A stretch of DNA of 64,000 nucleotides, taken from NCBI GenBank assembly GCA_040220235.1, contig JAVJTO010000132.1; one strand, written 5' to 3'. The stretch's first letter is position 1. Each line of letters opens with the position of its first letter. Under the pieces are notes generated by a model that was not told where the DNA came from, searched no databases, and worked only from the letters and a program-made list of their open reading frames with translations. Source of the stretch: Coleofasciculus sp. B1-GNL1-01. GTDB taxonomy: Bacteria; Cyanobacteriota; Cyanobacteriia; Cyanobacteriales; Coleofasciculaceae. The position numbers and the translations under genes were made by a program. Shown here piece by piece: positions 29,168 to 39,379 of this stretch.

Positions 29168-29469
29168 CATCCGTGTCAACTTAATCAACTTAAGCTCAAC
29201 CCCTCACCCCCAGCCCCTCTCCCACGCCAGCCCTCACCCCCAGCCCCTCTCCCAAGCTTGGGAGAGGGGAGCAAGAGGGGAGCAAGAGAGTCCGGTTCCC
29301 CTTCTCCCATGCAACAAAAGCGAAGCATCCTCTGTCATCCCTCCTCGCAGGGGGGAACGAGGGGGGTTGGGAGAAGGGGTTAGGGGATGAGGGGGAATTT
29401 TTGAGCCGTAGATAGACATAGCTGAAAACCTTGCCAGCATTGGTTTTCTACCTTAAGTTGACACTAATG
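29168..29469 (+). mobile_element. MITE (CAT..GTGTCAACTTAA TIRs), 9-bp TSD ACCGACGTG, inserted in a REP palindrome
   Basis: TIRs CATCCGTGTCAACTTAA / TTAAGTTGACACTAATG; ACCGACGTG at 29159-29167 and 29470-29478. Confidence 0.85.
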
Positions 29470-30128
29470 ACCGACGTGCGCCCTTTACCAACGTGCGCCC
29501 TGCACTGACCTTAAGCCCAAAAAAAGCGATACCTTGATCTAACCCCTCCCTAACCCTCCCCTTGCCAAGGGGAGGGAATTTCAAGGACTTTGGTTTCTCC
29601 CCACACCCAACACCCGACACCCGACAAACTGTTCAAAATGTAAATTGTTACCTACTACCTATTCATTGTTCTATACAATGGAATAGAAAGAGATGGAATT
29701 AGCAGTATGAACCCCTGCTCTCCATCCAGGTTTCGCAGGCGATACCCCGGTCAACAAACGGTTTCCTAAGCAAATCTCAATAATCTTTCAGGAATCTGTC
29801 CGATGGGTGATGTAGATTAATACAGACTTTGACTAAGGTCACTCATCCCCCAAAAGGGTATCGCGTATACTATCTGCTAGAGGAGAAGCCCAGTTATCTA
29901 ACCTGAGACAGAATTTAAGCCCAAAATGCGGAGAATTCTGTAAAAACGGAAACTGGGGCGATGCGTTAGCAGTAAATCTCAGTAAGGGTTTCCTGGAAAA
30001 ACAGGTAACCCTTCGCGGTGAGAAAAACGAAAACGCTGTTATCCGGTCATCAAGGGTGGGAATTCTAGTAATAAGTGATGACACACTTCGATCAAGTGTC
30101 GTTATCGGTCGTAATCTAAGAGATCACT

Positions 30129-31376
30129 ATGCCAGCCACTCCTTTTGCCGACACTGAATTCGACCACGACCAGCCTACCTACAGCCTGGATTTGCAGGAT
30201 ACCCACAGCGATATGGACAATTCTGTGGATGATTTCGTTGATCCAGATGAAGAGGATATCGACACGACTAGCTTTGCTAAAAGTGCCAACCGCCGTACCA
30301 CTGATTTGGTGCGGCTATATCTTCAGGAAATCGGTCGGGTTCGTTTATTGAGACGAGATGAAGAAGTTTCCGAAGCGCAAAAAGTTCAGCGCTATATGCG
30401 ACTATTGGACTTGCGAGCGAAGTTCGCCACACCAGAGGAGCAAGTTATTGAGCATTTCGTTCATTTAATCGAAACCCATGACCGTTTAGCCTCGCAGTTA
30501 GGACATCGTCCCTCCTTAGAACGCTGGGCGACCACTGCTGGGGTGGATGTGGCTACCCTGAAGCCAAGTCTAGTAAAGGGGAAACAGCGCTGGGCGGAGT
30601 TAGCGGAACTGACGGTTAAGGAACTAGAACAGGTTCAAGCCCAAGGATTGCAGGCGAAAGAACACATGATTAAAGCCAACCTGCGCCTAGTGGTGTCGGT
30701 GGCGAAAAAGTATCAAAATCGCGGGTTAGAACTGCTGGATTTGATTCAAGAAGGGACTCTGGGATTAGAACGGGCGGTTGAAAAGTTTGATCCGACGAAG
30801 GGGTATCGGTTTAGTACCTATGCCTATTGGTGGATTCGTCAGGGAATTACTCGCGCGATCGCCACTCAAAGCCGGACAATCCGCTTACCCGTCCACATTA
30901 CCGAAAAGCTGAACAAGATTAAGAAAGCCCAGCGGAAGATTTCTCAGGAACAAGGGCGCACCGCCACCATTGAGGATATCGCCAAAGAGTTGGAAATGGA
31001 TGCGCCGCAGGTACGGGAAGTGCTGATGCGAGTTCCGCGATCGGTTTCTTTGGAGATTAAAGTTGGTAAGGAGAAGGATACAGAACTAGGAGATTTACTG
31101 GAAACTGAGGAAACATCTCCAGAAGACGTATTGATGCGTGAGGCTTTACAGCGGGATTTACAGCAACTCCTGGCTGATTTAACCAGTCGCGAACGGGATG
31201 TGATTTGTATGCGGTTTGGTTTAGGCGATGGACATCCCTACTCCTTAGCTGAGATTGGGCGGGCGCTGGAACTGTCTCGCGAACGGGTACGGCAAATTGA
31301 GGCGAAGGCGTTGCAGAAATTGCGCCAACCCAAGCGACGGAATCGGGTGCGGGATTATCTGGAAGCGTTGAGTTAG
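30129..31376 (+). CDS. sigC: Group 2 RNA polymerase sigma factor SigC
   Basis: RRTTDLVRLYLQEIGRV...DEEVSEAQKVQRY (SigC-type region 1.2), ANLRLVVSVAKKY, RFSTYAYWWIRQ, SRERVRQIE. Confidence 0.85.
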   Translation: MPATPFADTEFDHDQPTYSLDLQDTHSDMDNSVDDFVDPDEEDIDTTSFAKSANRRTTDLVRLYLQEIGRVRLLRRDEEVSEAQKVQRYMRLLDLRAKFATPEEQVIEHFVHLIETHDRLASQLGHRPSLERWATTAGVDVATLKPSLVKGKQRWAELAELTVKELEQVQAQGLQAKEHMIKANLRLVVSVAKKYQNRGLELLDLIQEGTLGLERAVEKFDPTKGYRFSTYAYWWIRQGITRAIATQSRTIRLPVHITEKLNKIKKAQRKISQEQGRTATIEDIAKELEMDAPQVREVLMRVPRSVSLEIKVGKEKDTELGDLLETEETSPEDVLMREALQRDLQQLLADLTSRERDVICMRFGLGDGHPYSLAEIGRALELSRERVRQIEAKALQKLRQPKRRNRVRDYLEALS

Positions 31377-31910
31377 GGGGTTTCCCACACATTGTAGAGA
31401 CGCGCCATGGCGCGTCTCTAAGATTATTTTCACTCCCTAAAAAATCGTACCCATATACCCCTTGCAATCGCTTCGCGATACCTTCCTTCGGAACAGACTT
31501 AGCCAACGCGCTATTTTGGCAATAGACAAGAGATCGACGGAAACCCTCGCCACATCAAAGTTGAGCGCGATTGTACCTAAGTAGGGCGCGTCAAAAATAA
31601 CGGAAAAGCTTACAGTGAGACAGTTTCAACTTTTGGCGTGGGGGGAACTTCAGCTTAATTTTTTTATGGTATCCTTGGTTAAGGTACGACAATTGTTCTA
31701 AAAAGTAAATGGATCACAGAATCGGACGACTGAGACAATTAACTCTCTAGCCGGGATGAAAACCCTAACTTTTCTGCCACGTCGGCTGTCTACGGTGGAG
31801 AACTGTTATTGGTATCGCTTTTCATAACCCATAAGAATGTTTTTTGCCAAACTGACATCCTCCAAAGAAAAATCACCCCCCAAAGAAAAATCACCCCCAG
31901 GAGATGCACT

Positions 31911-32750
31911 ATGAATTCAACTTCACTATTTTGTCTTGAGAAAGATTACTTAATTGATTTGGTGAACAAGTATCAAGAATCCTACTCTCAAGCGCAGCCA
32001 TTTCCTCATGTCGTTATTGATGACTTTTTGCCAGAATTTGTTTTAGATGAGATTCTCCAGGAATTTCCTAAACCCGGTTCAATCGATTGGCAAAAATTTG
32101 ATGTATCGTCTCAAAAAAAACTGGGTTCAAAATCAGAGTTACAGATGGGAGAAGCAACACGCATGCTCTTATATCAACTGAACTCTTCCACGTTTATTAA
32201 CTTTTTAGAAAAATTAACCAGTATTGAGGGAATTATTCCTGATCCTCACTTTGTGGGTGGGGGTCTGCATCAAATTGAACCCGGAGGGTATCTGAAAATG
32301 CATGTCGATTTTAATCGGCATACCCGACTGAACCTAGACCGTCGTTTAAATCTGCTCCTATACTTAAATAAAGATTGGCAGGAAGACTATGGTGGTCATC
32401 TCGAACTTTGGGATCGGGAGATGAAGCAGTGCAAAAAGAAAATTCTGCCTATCTTTAATCGGTGTGTTATATTTAACACTACAGACTTCTCCTATCATGG
32501 GCATCCTGAGCCATTAACTTGTCCAGAGGGGCAGACGCGCAAGTCATTAGCGCTATACTACTACAGCAACGGGCGACCAGCCGCAGAAATTACTGGTTCA
32601 GATCATTCAACCTTGTTTAAAACTCGACCAGGAGAGGATTTTAGGGTAAATACATCATCTGGTATAAATACTGGTATAAATACCTTGATAAAGAAGTTAG
32701 TTCCTCCTATTTTGATTGATGCGCGAAATTATCTAAAAAAGAAATCTTAA
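31911..32750 (+). CDS. 2OG-Fe(II) oxygenase
   Basis: PFPHVVIDDF, GGGLH, HVD (HxD), GGHLELW, SYHGHP, RKSLALYYY; ATG at 31911 with AGGAG upstream. Confidence 0.85.
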   Translation: MNSTSLFCLEKDYLIDLVNKYQESYSQAQPFPHVVIDDFLPEFVLDEILQEFPKPGSIDWQKFDVSSQKKLGSKSELQMGEATRMLLYQLNSSTFINFLEKLTSIEGIIPDPHFVGGGLHQIEPGGYLKMHVDFNRHTRLNLDRRLNLLLYLNKDWQEDYGGHLELWDREMKQCKKKILPIFNRCVIFNTTDFSYHGHPEPLTCPEGQTRKSLALYYYSNGRPAAEITGSDHSTLFKTRPGEDFRVNTSSGINTGINTLIKKLVPPILIDARNYLKKKS

Positions 32751-32778
32751 ATGTTGAGACTTTGGATCAAATAAAGTA

Positions 32779-32917
32779 ACGAGGACAGACTAAGTTTTTC
32801 ACCCGAAACGATAAGGCGGCAATGGTATCATCGGGTTTGGGGTGCGGTGGTTGCTCTAACAGGTAAATGGCTTGAGTGGGTCTTGGGGACGTGTTGGCAC
32901 GTTGAGCGAGTTCGCGA
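32779..32917 (-). pseudogene. Diverged internal fragment of the GT2 gene at 33219-34448
   Basis: ELAQRANTSPRPTQAIYLLEQPP..DTIAALSFRVKNLV matches KLAQRANISQRPTQAIYLLEQPP..DTISALSVRVKNLV (~33861-33999). Confidence 0.8.
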
Positions 32918-33028
32918 TTAGTTTCCCACAGGATTTCGATAGAGCAAAAGCAAAGATAGAGCAAAAGCCTTGGCTGAGCGTTTATATCAGCTAGCTCAGG
33001 ATATTGATTTACGCAAAAGGGCGAGTCA

Positions 33029-33124
33029 TATCATGTCATGTCCGGTCAAACACCCCTGAATAAAAACGCCTGTAATCCTTGTTTTTATGGCTTTGCAATT
33101 ATGGGCAATCGTTAGGACATGATA
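33029..33124. mobile_element. Small MITE-like element (TATCATGTCC/GGACATGATA ends)
   Basis: Inverted ends TATCATG(TCATG)TCC ... GGACATGATA. Confidence 0.45.
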
Positions 33125-33218
33125 TCAATCAGCCCGTGAGTGTACTGTTGAGGCATTTGATGTACGCGTTAGCGCTCAGCGGATTTTTGATGGGATTAAA
33201 ACTTATGCTGATGTTTGG

Positions 33219-34448
33219 CTATAGAACGGTTTCTGATGACTCACCTGCATCCCGTTCTGTTCTAATCCACTTATTCTCAGGCTTCACCAGAAAAGCAAAA
33301 TACAGGGGAATCTTCCACAAAATATAAAACGGTACAGTCAACAGTGTATGTGCAGGTATATTCTCACGGCAAAACTTAACCCATGCTGCAATAATGGAAA
33401 CTAAAATCAACAGTCCTTCTAGCCCTACAAAAACTGCTGGTATCCAGGATACTCCCACAACTGCTGCTAGTAACGTTCCCCCCATCACTGCTACCCAAAT
33501 CATGACTAATAGGGAAAGCGGAGGTACAACTAAATCAAGAGCGATCGCAAACAAGTCAACCCGCCGCTGAATCACAGACTGGGTAAGGAGTCGCGGGACT
33601 TGGGTAAGTAAGGTTTGTAAATGACCATGTTCCCATCGGGTGCGCTGGGTTTTGGCGGCTTCCTGCTGCTGGGGGAGACATCCGGTAACTCTAGCGTCTA
33701 AACAAAATAGGGGAGAATGTCCGGCTATGGCTAAATCAATGCCAAGCTGCATATCCTCGACTATATTATTACTCGCCAGGGGCGCTTGACTAATAACTGA
33801 CCAAGGAAACGCCATCCCCGTACCCATCAATAAACAGGGAAATCCTAGGCGATTTAATCCACGGGGACGAACTAAGTTTTTCACCCGCACCGATAGGGCG
33901 GAAATGGTATCTTTGGGTGTAGGGTTGGGGGGTTGTTCTAACAGGTAAATGGCTTGGGTGGGTCTTTGGGAAATGTTGGCACGTTGAGCGAGTTTCGCGA
34001 TCGCGCTTTCATGTACGATACAGTCAGCATCTACGAGTACCACGATATCCGGTGGGTCGGTAGAAAGGTACTTTATACCGTAGTCTAGGGCATATCCCTT
34101 ACCTTGGTGTTCTGTGTCGTGACGTTCGATTACCTTTGCGCCTAGTTGACGTGCGATCGCGGCGGTGTCATCGGTACAATTATCGGCAATAACTACCAGT
34201 CTATCTTGGTCGGTTAGCTGGGGTACTATGGTTTTTAGGGTGGTGCTAATTCCAGAGGCTTCGTTGTGGGCGGGAATTAACACAGTTATGCGGGGAGGGG
34301 AGGCTGAGGCGGTTTCTGGTGGTTGACTCGGTGGGAAGAGGGCGGCGAAACACTCGATAAATAGCATCCCGATGGGGACAAGAAGAGAGAGTGCGATCGC
34401 GAATAGGACTATTTCCACGATAATAAGCCATGGCGGATTGGTGAACAT
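33219..34448 (-). CDS. GT2 membrane glycosyltransferase
   Basis: IPAHNE, ADNCTDDT, GKGYAL, VDAD, VED, QRTRW (QxxRW). Confidence 0.9.
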   Translation of the reverse strand: MFTNPPWLIIVEIVLFAIALSLLVPIGMLFIECFAALFPPSQPPETASASPPRITVLIPAHNEASGISTTLKTIVPQLTDQDRLVVIADNCTDDTAAIARQLGAKVIERHDTEHQGKGYALDYGIKYLSTDPPDIVVLVDADCIVHESAIAKLAQRANISQRPTQAIYLLEQPPNPTPKDTISALSVRVKNLVRPRGLNRLGFPCLLMGTGMAFPWSVISQAPLASNNIVEDMQLGIDLAIAGHSPLFCLDARVTGCLPQQQEAAKTQRTRWEHGHLQTLLTQVPRLLTQSVIQRRVDLFAIALDLVVPPLSLLVMIWVAVMGGTLLAAVVGVSWIPAVFVGLEGLLILVSIIAAWVKFCRENIPAHTLLTVPFYILWKIPLYFAFLVKPENKWIRTERDAGESSETVL

Positions 34449-34586
34449 GACCTGGAAACCTCGCTGTGTCTGGAACTTTGGGGAATAGGGATAGTGCGAT
34501 CACTAGGACGCTGTTTGGGAAGTTTATTGTTACCTACGTTTTTGTCCTATGTTCTGGGAGAGTTATTCGTGAGCGACGAAATATTT

Positions 34587-35546
34587 TTACTTAAGATATC
34601 GCTTTTCAATAGCATTGAGTTTCAATTTTACACGTTTGTGCCATGGCTTGATCTCTAGCTTTCTCGAAAAATATTCTGCTAAAAACAGAGGCAATCCCTG
34701 ACGTTTAACTCGGAATTTTACCCGTGCATACCAGTCCTGAAATCTTAGGCTTCTTGCCCTTGCTGGAGTAACCTCTAGAGGTGGCAATCCACTAAGTTCA
34801 TAACCCCGCTCAACTAGCCTATCTGCAATTCGTGATTCAACCAACTGAATCTCATCCTCAGACAGTTTTCGTCGCCACTGTTGAATTAATTTCGGATCGG
34901 GTAAATCAAAAGTAGTGTTCTGAGCGTAACTAAGCATTGCTTCATCGTAAGGAACACCAATAAATTCACTCAGGCGCGTCAGAGTTTTAGTCGGTTCTGA
35001 AATAAGGGTTTCATAATTTACCTCAGTTCGCCGTTCACCGGGGATCATATCTTGTAGCTGTGTCCATAATTGTTCAACTTCTATCCAACGCTCTACCCCT
35101 GTCCAGACATTACCTGCCCAGCCCATACCGATACAGGAACGAGCAACATCTCTACCATCTCTAACTATATGTATAAAGCGAGCATCTGACCAAATCCGCA
35201 GCAATTTATCGAAGTGGCGATGAGCGGTAGCACCGATTAGGGATTTGCGCTCCTGATTCTGTTTCTGGAGTAAAAAGCTATTAACTAGTTGCGGATAGCT
35301 TAAACTGCGGTCAATTCTAAAACCAGTGGCTTGAAAGATACGGTGAGTTTCCAACCATTGATAATATTCTTCAAGCTGGGGCCAGCCATCACCATCAGGT
35401 ATGCGATCGACGGTATACTCAAATTCATTACACCAAGCAATCTGGGGATGATGACTCAGCATGAGTCTCAGAACTGTTGTACCCGAACGCTCCGCACCAA
35501 CCAGAAAAATGGGTTCAGATACTAAATCTTTTTCTTTCACTATCAT
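34587..35546 (-). CDS. Sulfotransferase
   Basis: FLVGAERSGTT (5'-PSB loop), IVRDGRDVARS (3'-PB), YETLISEP. Confidence 0.9.
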   Translation of the reverse strand: MIVKEKDLVSEPIFLVGAERSGTTVLRLMLSHHPQIAWCNEFEYTVDRIPDGDGWPQLEEYYQWLETHRIFQATGFRIDRSLSYPQLVNSFLLQKQNQERKSLIGATAHRHFDKLLRIWSDARFIHIVRDGRDVARSCIGMGWAGNVWTGVERWIEVEQLWTQLQDMIPGERRTEVNYETLISEPTKTLTRLSEFIGVPYDEAMLSYAQNTTFDLPDPKLIQQWRRKLSEDEIQLVESRIADRLVERGYELSGLPPLEVTPARARSLRFQDWYARVKFRVKRQGLPLFLAEYFSRKLEIKPWHKRVKLKLNAIEKRYLK

Positions 35547-35781
35547 TTTATTTTAATCTCGAGTAACAATTAACCCCAACTAATCACCAATTTTTTTCTT
35601 AAGCAAATGGGAAAGCCAATGGAACGTTTTTGTTTGGCAGCTTTGAATGACTTGCCACCGATGGATACCCAGCGTTTATCCGATCCCTCCCTACTCCTTT
35701 CCAACGGTTCCCTCACTGGCAAGGGGCAAGACTGGATTGAACATAGAATTTATAATACTATCAATTCTATATAAAGTCATG

Positions 35782-36081
35782 TCTGGGTTGGTTAGCTGGG
35801 GTATTATTGTTTTTAGGGTCGTGCTAATTCCAGAAGCTTCGTTGTGGGCGGGAATTAACACGGTTATGCGGGGATGGGAGTCTAGGAGAGCTTCTGGTTG
35901 TTGACGCGGTGGGAAGAGGGCGGCGAAACACTCGATAAACAGCATCCCGATGGGGATAAGCAGGGAGAGTGCGATCGCGAATAGGATTATTTCCACGATG
36001 ATAAGCCATGGTGGATTGGTGAACATGACCCGGAAACCTCGCTGTGTCTGGAACTTTGGGGATTAGGGAGAGTGCGATCGC
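35782..36081 (-). repeat. Diverged 300-bp direct repeat of 34204-34503; truncated 5' copy of the GT2 gene
   Basis: Same upstream region and first ~81 codons (MFTNPPWLII...IIPQLT), roughly 90% identical by eye; homology ends at HIP1 36074-36081. Confidence 0.9.
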
Positions 36082-36170
36082 GACAAACCTATATCTTCTG
36101 GTTATTATAGTGCTGGCAGCTTACTCCAGTCGAGTAAAATATACAGTATACTCATCAAACGCTAACGATT

Positions 36171-37376
36171 ATGACGTGTCGGATTTGTTCAGCCGATGTA
36201 TCGGTACTCCTGGATTTAGGAACCTCACCCCCCGCCAACTCCCTGAAAAAATCGCCAGAACAGGTTCAGGATTCTTATCCCCTGGTTCTAGAGATTTGTG
36301 ATAACTGTGGCAATGTCCAGTTGCGAGACTGCTTGGATGAAGAAGCCCTCTATAAGGATTATTTTTATGTGACCCCTTCGTCTACATTGCTATCCCGCCA
36401 TTATGATTTTCTTCAGTCATTCTTATTCAAAAATAATTATTTAACCAGTCATTCCTTTGCGTTAGAGATTGGTAGTAATGTTGGTTTATTTTTAGACCAT
36501 ATTAAACCCAATGTGGCTAAAGTAGTGGGCATTGATCCAGCCCAGGAAATTAGTGAACTGGCTAATCAGAAAGGGATTGAGACGGTTTGTGACTTTTTCA
36601 ACGAAGCATCATCCGTCAAACTGAAAGACCAATTTGGCAACCCTAATATTATTCTCGCCCGTCACTGCTTTGCCCATAATTGTGACCCCCATCGGATGCT
36701 TAAGGGGGTGACGCATTTGCTGGATGATTCTGGCTTGTTTGTAATTGAGAATGCCTACTTGTTGAACACGATAGAGAACAATGAGTTCGACCAGATTTAT
36801 CATGAACACATGTTCTACTATTCTATCCGCTCGATGAAAGCGCTGTTGGCGATTCATAATATGCATTTGGTGGATATTATCATGTCGCCTATCCATGGGG
36901 GGTCGATTGTTTTTGTCGCCAAGAAAGTCAGCGCTGAGGATAAGATTAGTTCAGCGGTAGGGAAGTATACGCTTCAGGAGGATCTCTTACTCACCCCCTC
37001 AGCGTTTAAGCATTTTGTCGAGAATACCTGGAGAATTAAGGATACGTTAGGTCGATTGATTAAGGGGTTAAGAGATGGTGGGTGGACGATTTATACTTAT
37101 GGGGCGACGGCGAAGGGAAATACGTTGTTGAATTTCATCGGATTAACAGATAAAGAGATTAAATATTGTGTGGATAGTACACCAATGAAACAGGGGAAAT
37201 ATTTACCTAAGTCCAATATTAAAGTGATTTCTGAGGAAGAATCTCAGGAGAATCCCCCGGATTATTTCCTGTTAACCGCCTGGAATTATCGCGATGAGAT
37301 TGTAAATAAGGTGCGTCAGTCTGGGAATTATACGTCTCAGTTTATTGTGCCGATACCTTTTGTGCATATTTTATAA
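36171..37376 (+). CDS. NDP-sugar C-methyltransferase-like SAM-dependent enzyme
   Basis: CRIC...CDNC Zn site, EIGSNVG, FDQIYHEH, IHGGS, YGATAKGNT, LLTAWNY. Confidence 0.85.
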   Translation: MTCRICSADVSVLLDLGTSPPANSLKKSPEQVQDSYPLVLEICDNCGNVQLRDCLDEEALYKDYFYVTPSSTLLSRHYDFLQSFLFKNNYLTSHSFALEIGSNVGLFLDHIKPNVAKVVGIDPAQEISELANQKGIETVCDFFNEASSVKLKDQFGNPNIILARHCFAHNCDPHRMLKGVTHLLDDSGLFVIENAYLLNTIENNEFDQIYHEHMFYYSIRSMKALLAIHNMHLVDIIMSPIHGGSIVFVAKKVSAEDKISSAVGKYTLQEDLLLTPSAFKHFVENTWRIKDTLGRLIKGLRDGGWTIYTYGATAKGNTLLNFIGLTDKEIKYCVDSTPMKQGKYLPKSNIKVISEEESQENPPDYFLLTAWNYRDEIVNKVRQSGNYTSQFIVPIPFVHIL

Positions 37377-37471
37377 GATTATTGACTCCCGGTACTCATT
37401 CTGTATCATGTAACTGTCACTGTTGTCTTCCCTTTGGTAGGTTGGTGGGATGCTCCCTATCAATTAGGTGT

Positions 37472-38494
37472 TTATGGCACAGGTTGGCTATCTGGGCTAA
37501 TGGCAGTTACATCTTTATACTCAACCAATTTAGTATGCCGTCCTTTTAGTCGGTTAAGGTGAAACAGAATTTGACCCTGTACTAAGGGGAATTTACCAAT
37601 CACACAGAATAGTGCAAAAATTCGGGCATCTCTCGAACTTAAACCTTGTTTTTGCATCCAGTAGTCTATGCGATAGATCAGAATTGGATAACCGAGGAAT
37701 AGCAGTAAACTCAATCCCTGGGTAAACCATGCCATGCTCAAAGCTAGCAGGGGCAGAACTAATCCCCAAAACCAAATACTTCTGCTTTCTTTGAGCCAAT
37801 GCCGTTCCGGACTGCGACCGTGTAACCAAGATCCCTCAGCATAGGCATGACCACATCGGCGAAAACGGTTCCACCACTGGCTAAACCGTTTAATGTCAGC
37901 ATCGTGTCGGGTCATTTCAGCATCAATGCGGAGGATTTTCCAGTCCTTCCGCCGCAGTCGCACGCACAGTTCGGGTTCGCCACCGCCGATGAGAGTGGGA
38001 TTGAATCCTCCCACCTGTTGTAAGGCGTCTGGACGCATCATGGCGTCACCGCCACAGGCTTTGGCTTCACCGATTGGGGTATCCCATTCAATATCGCATA
38101 AGCGGTTATAAACCGAGGCGTCGGGGTACAGTTCGCGTCGCCGACCACAGACGACGGCAACATCTGGTCTGGCGTCGAGTTGGGCTTCGGCTTTTTCCAA
38201 CCATCCCTCGACTAACTCGCAGTCACCATCGATAAATTGGACATATTTAATGTCGGGATAGGTGTTGATTAAATAGAAGAAGCCTTCATTCCGGGAGCGA
38301 GGAGACGCCATCGGTTTGGCTGGGTCGAGTTCAAGGACATCGACGCCGAGAGAACGGGCGAATTCTACGCTACCATCAGTTGAAGCCGAATCGACGTAGA
38401 CGATATGAGCGACTTTGCCAATGACAGAATCTAAGCAGCGACGCAGGCGTTCTCCTTCGTTGCGTCCAATAGCTACTAATCCGATGTTACTCAT
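37472..38494 (-). CDS. GT2 glycosyltransferase
   Basis: IGRNEGERL, YVDSASTDGS, FIDGDC, CGRRRE, ACGGDA; C-terminal TMs. Confidence 0.9.
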   Translation of the reverse strand: MSNIGLVAIGRNEGERLRRCLDSVIGKVAHIVYVDSASTDGSVEFARSLGVDVLELDPAKPMASPRSRNEGFFYLINTYPDIKYVQFIDGDCELVEGWLEKAEAQLDARPDVAVVCGRRRELYPDASVYNRLCDIEWDTPIGEAKACGGDAMMRPDALQQVGGFNPTLIGGGEPELCVRLRRKDWKILRIDAEMTRHDADIKRFSQWWNRFRRCGHAYAEGSWLHGRSPERHWLKESRSIWFWGLVLPLLALSMAWFTQGLSLLLFLGYPILIYRIDYWMQKQGLSSRDARIFALFCVIGKFPLVQGQILFHLNRLKGRHTKLVEYKDVTAISPDSQPVP

Positions 38495-38552
38495 ATTCCG
38501 ACTCCGATAGTCTCCAATCTACTTACTTATAGCGATAGTTTTGACAGATTAA

Positions 38553-39167
38553 TCAAATTGGATTCGGACAAGCTTGGGAGTTAATAATTTTAGCGGGAAT
38601 ACCGACAGCGGTTTTTCCGGCTGGGATATCGGTGAGAACCACGGCGTTAGCTCCAATATTGACATCATCTCCAATAGAGAGCTTGCCCAGGATTTTTACA
38701 CCTGCTCCCACGTTAACGCGATTTCCTAGTTGTGGCGCATCCAAGGGGTGTTCCCGATAACGATTTCCCAGGGTTACTCCTTGACGGATCACACAATCGT
38801 CACCAATTGTGCAATATCCGTGGATAATGATGGCACCTTGATGTTCTATGATTACGCGACGACCGAGTTTGACGGTGTAGGGTAAATCAATCCCATACAC
38901 ATTCCGGACATGGCGGTATAAGGCTCGGTAAAGGATGCTAAACGGCGCTCGCAGCAGTTTGGGTTCGATGGTCATGCGCCAGACGCCAAAGCGATAAATG
39001 GCGACAGCCCGAAATCCCGGTTTTGTCCAATCTTGTTTGTGGGCAATCCAATCTTCTTTGATTTGTTGCCAAAGTCCTAGAGGTTTGGTTTCGACTTCCT
39101 GGCTACTGGATAGGGCGTCGGGCTGCGTCTCCATTGTAGTTCTGTTTAGGTCTGCGAGTTTTTCCAC
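38553..39167 (-). CDS. Hexapeptide-repeat O-acetyltransferase (CysE/WcaB-like)
   Basis: IGDDCVIRQGVTLG, LGNRVNVGAG.KILG, IGANAVV, AVGIPAK. Confidence 0.85.
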   Translation of the reverse strand: MEKLADLNRTTMETQPDALSSSQEVETKPLGLWQQIKEDWIAHKQDWTKPGFRAVAIYRFGVWRMTIEPKLLRAPFSILYRALYRHVRNVYGIDLPYTVKLGRRVIIEHQGAIIIHGYCTIGDDCVIRQGVTLGNRYREHPLDAPQLGNRVNVGAGVKILGKLSIGDDVNIGANAVVLTDIPAGKTAVGIPAKIINSQACPNPI

Positions 39168-39379
39168 GTTTAAAGTTAAGTAAGGACTATCACACCAGTG
39201 GAGTCATCGAATCAGGATGCTGAAAAGGTTCAAAATGTCAAATTTTCTACATGTAAATGCTAATATAAGCGATTAAATTCTCCGTTTTCTATACAAACCG
39301 ATGTTCTGCTAAAACGTCTCTACTGACCTTATTCTTTTTTGTTTTGTCACCGTTAACCTGGGTTATGCTGACCAACACT

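Noticed and set aside
29139..29440. Short ORFs on both strands (also 46357-46680, 48156-48701, 60640-60909)
   Set aside because: They are translations of MITE/REP repeats with Pro/Gly-rich low complexity
31809..31910. N-terminal extension of the 2OG oxygenase with QRKITP duplication
   Set aside because: An 18-bp tandem duplication upstream of a better ATG (31911) with AGGAG; probably non-coding
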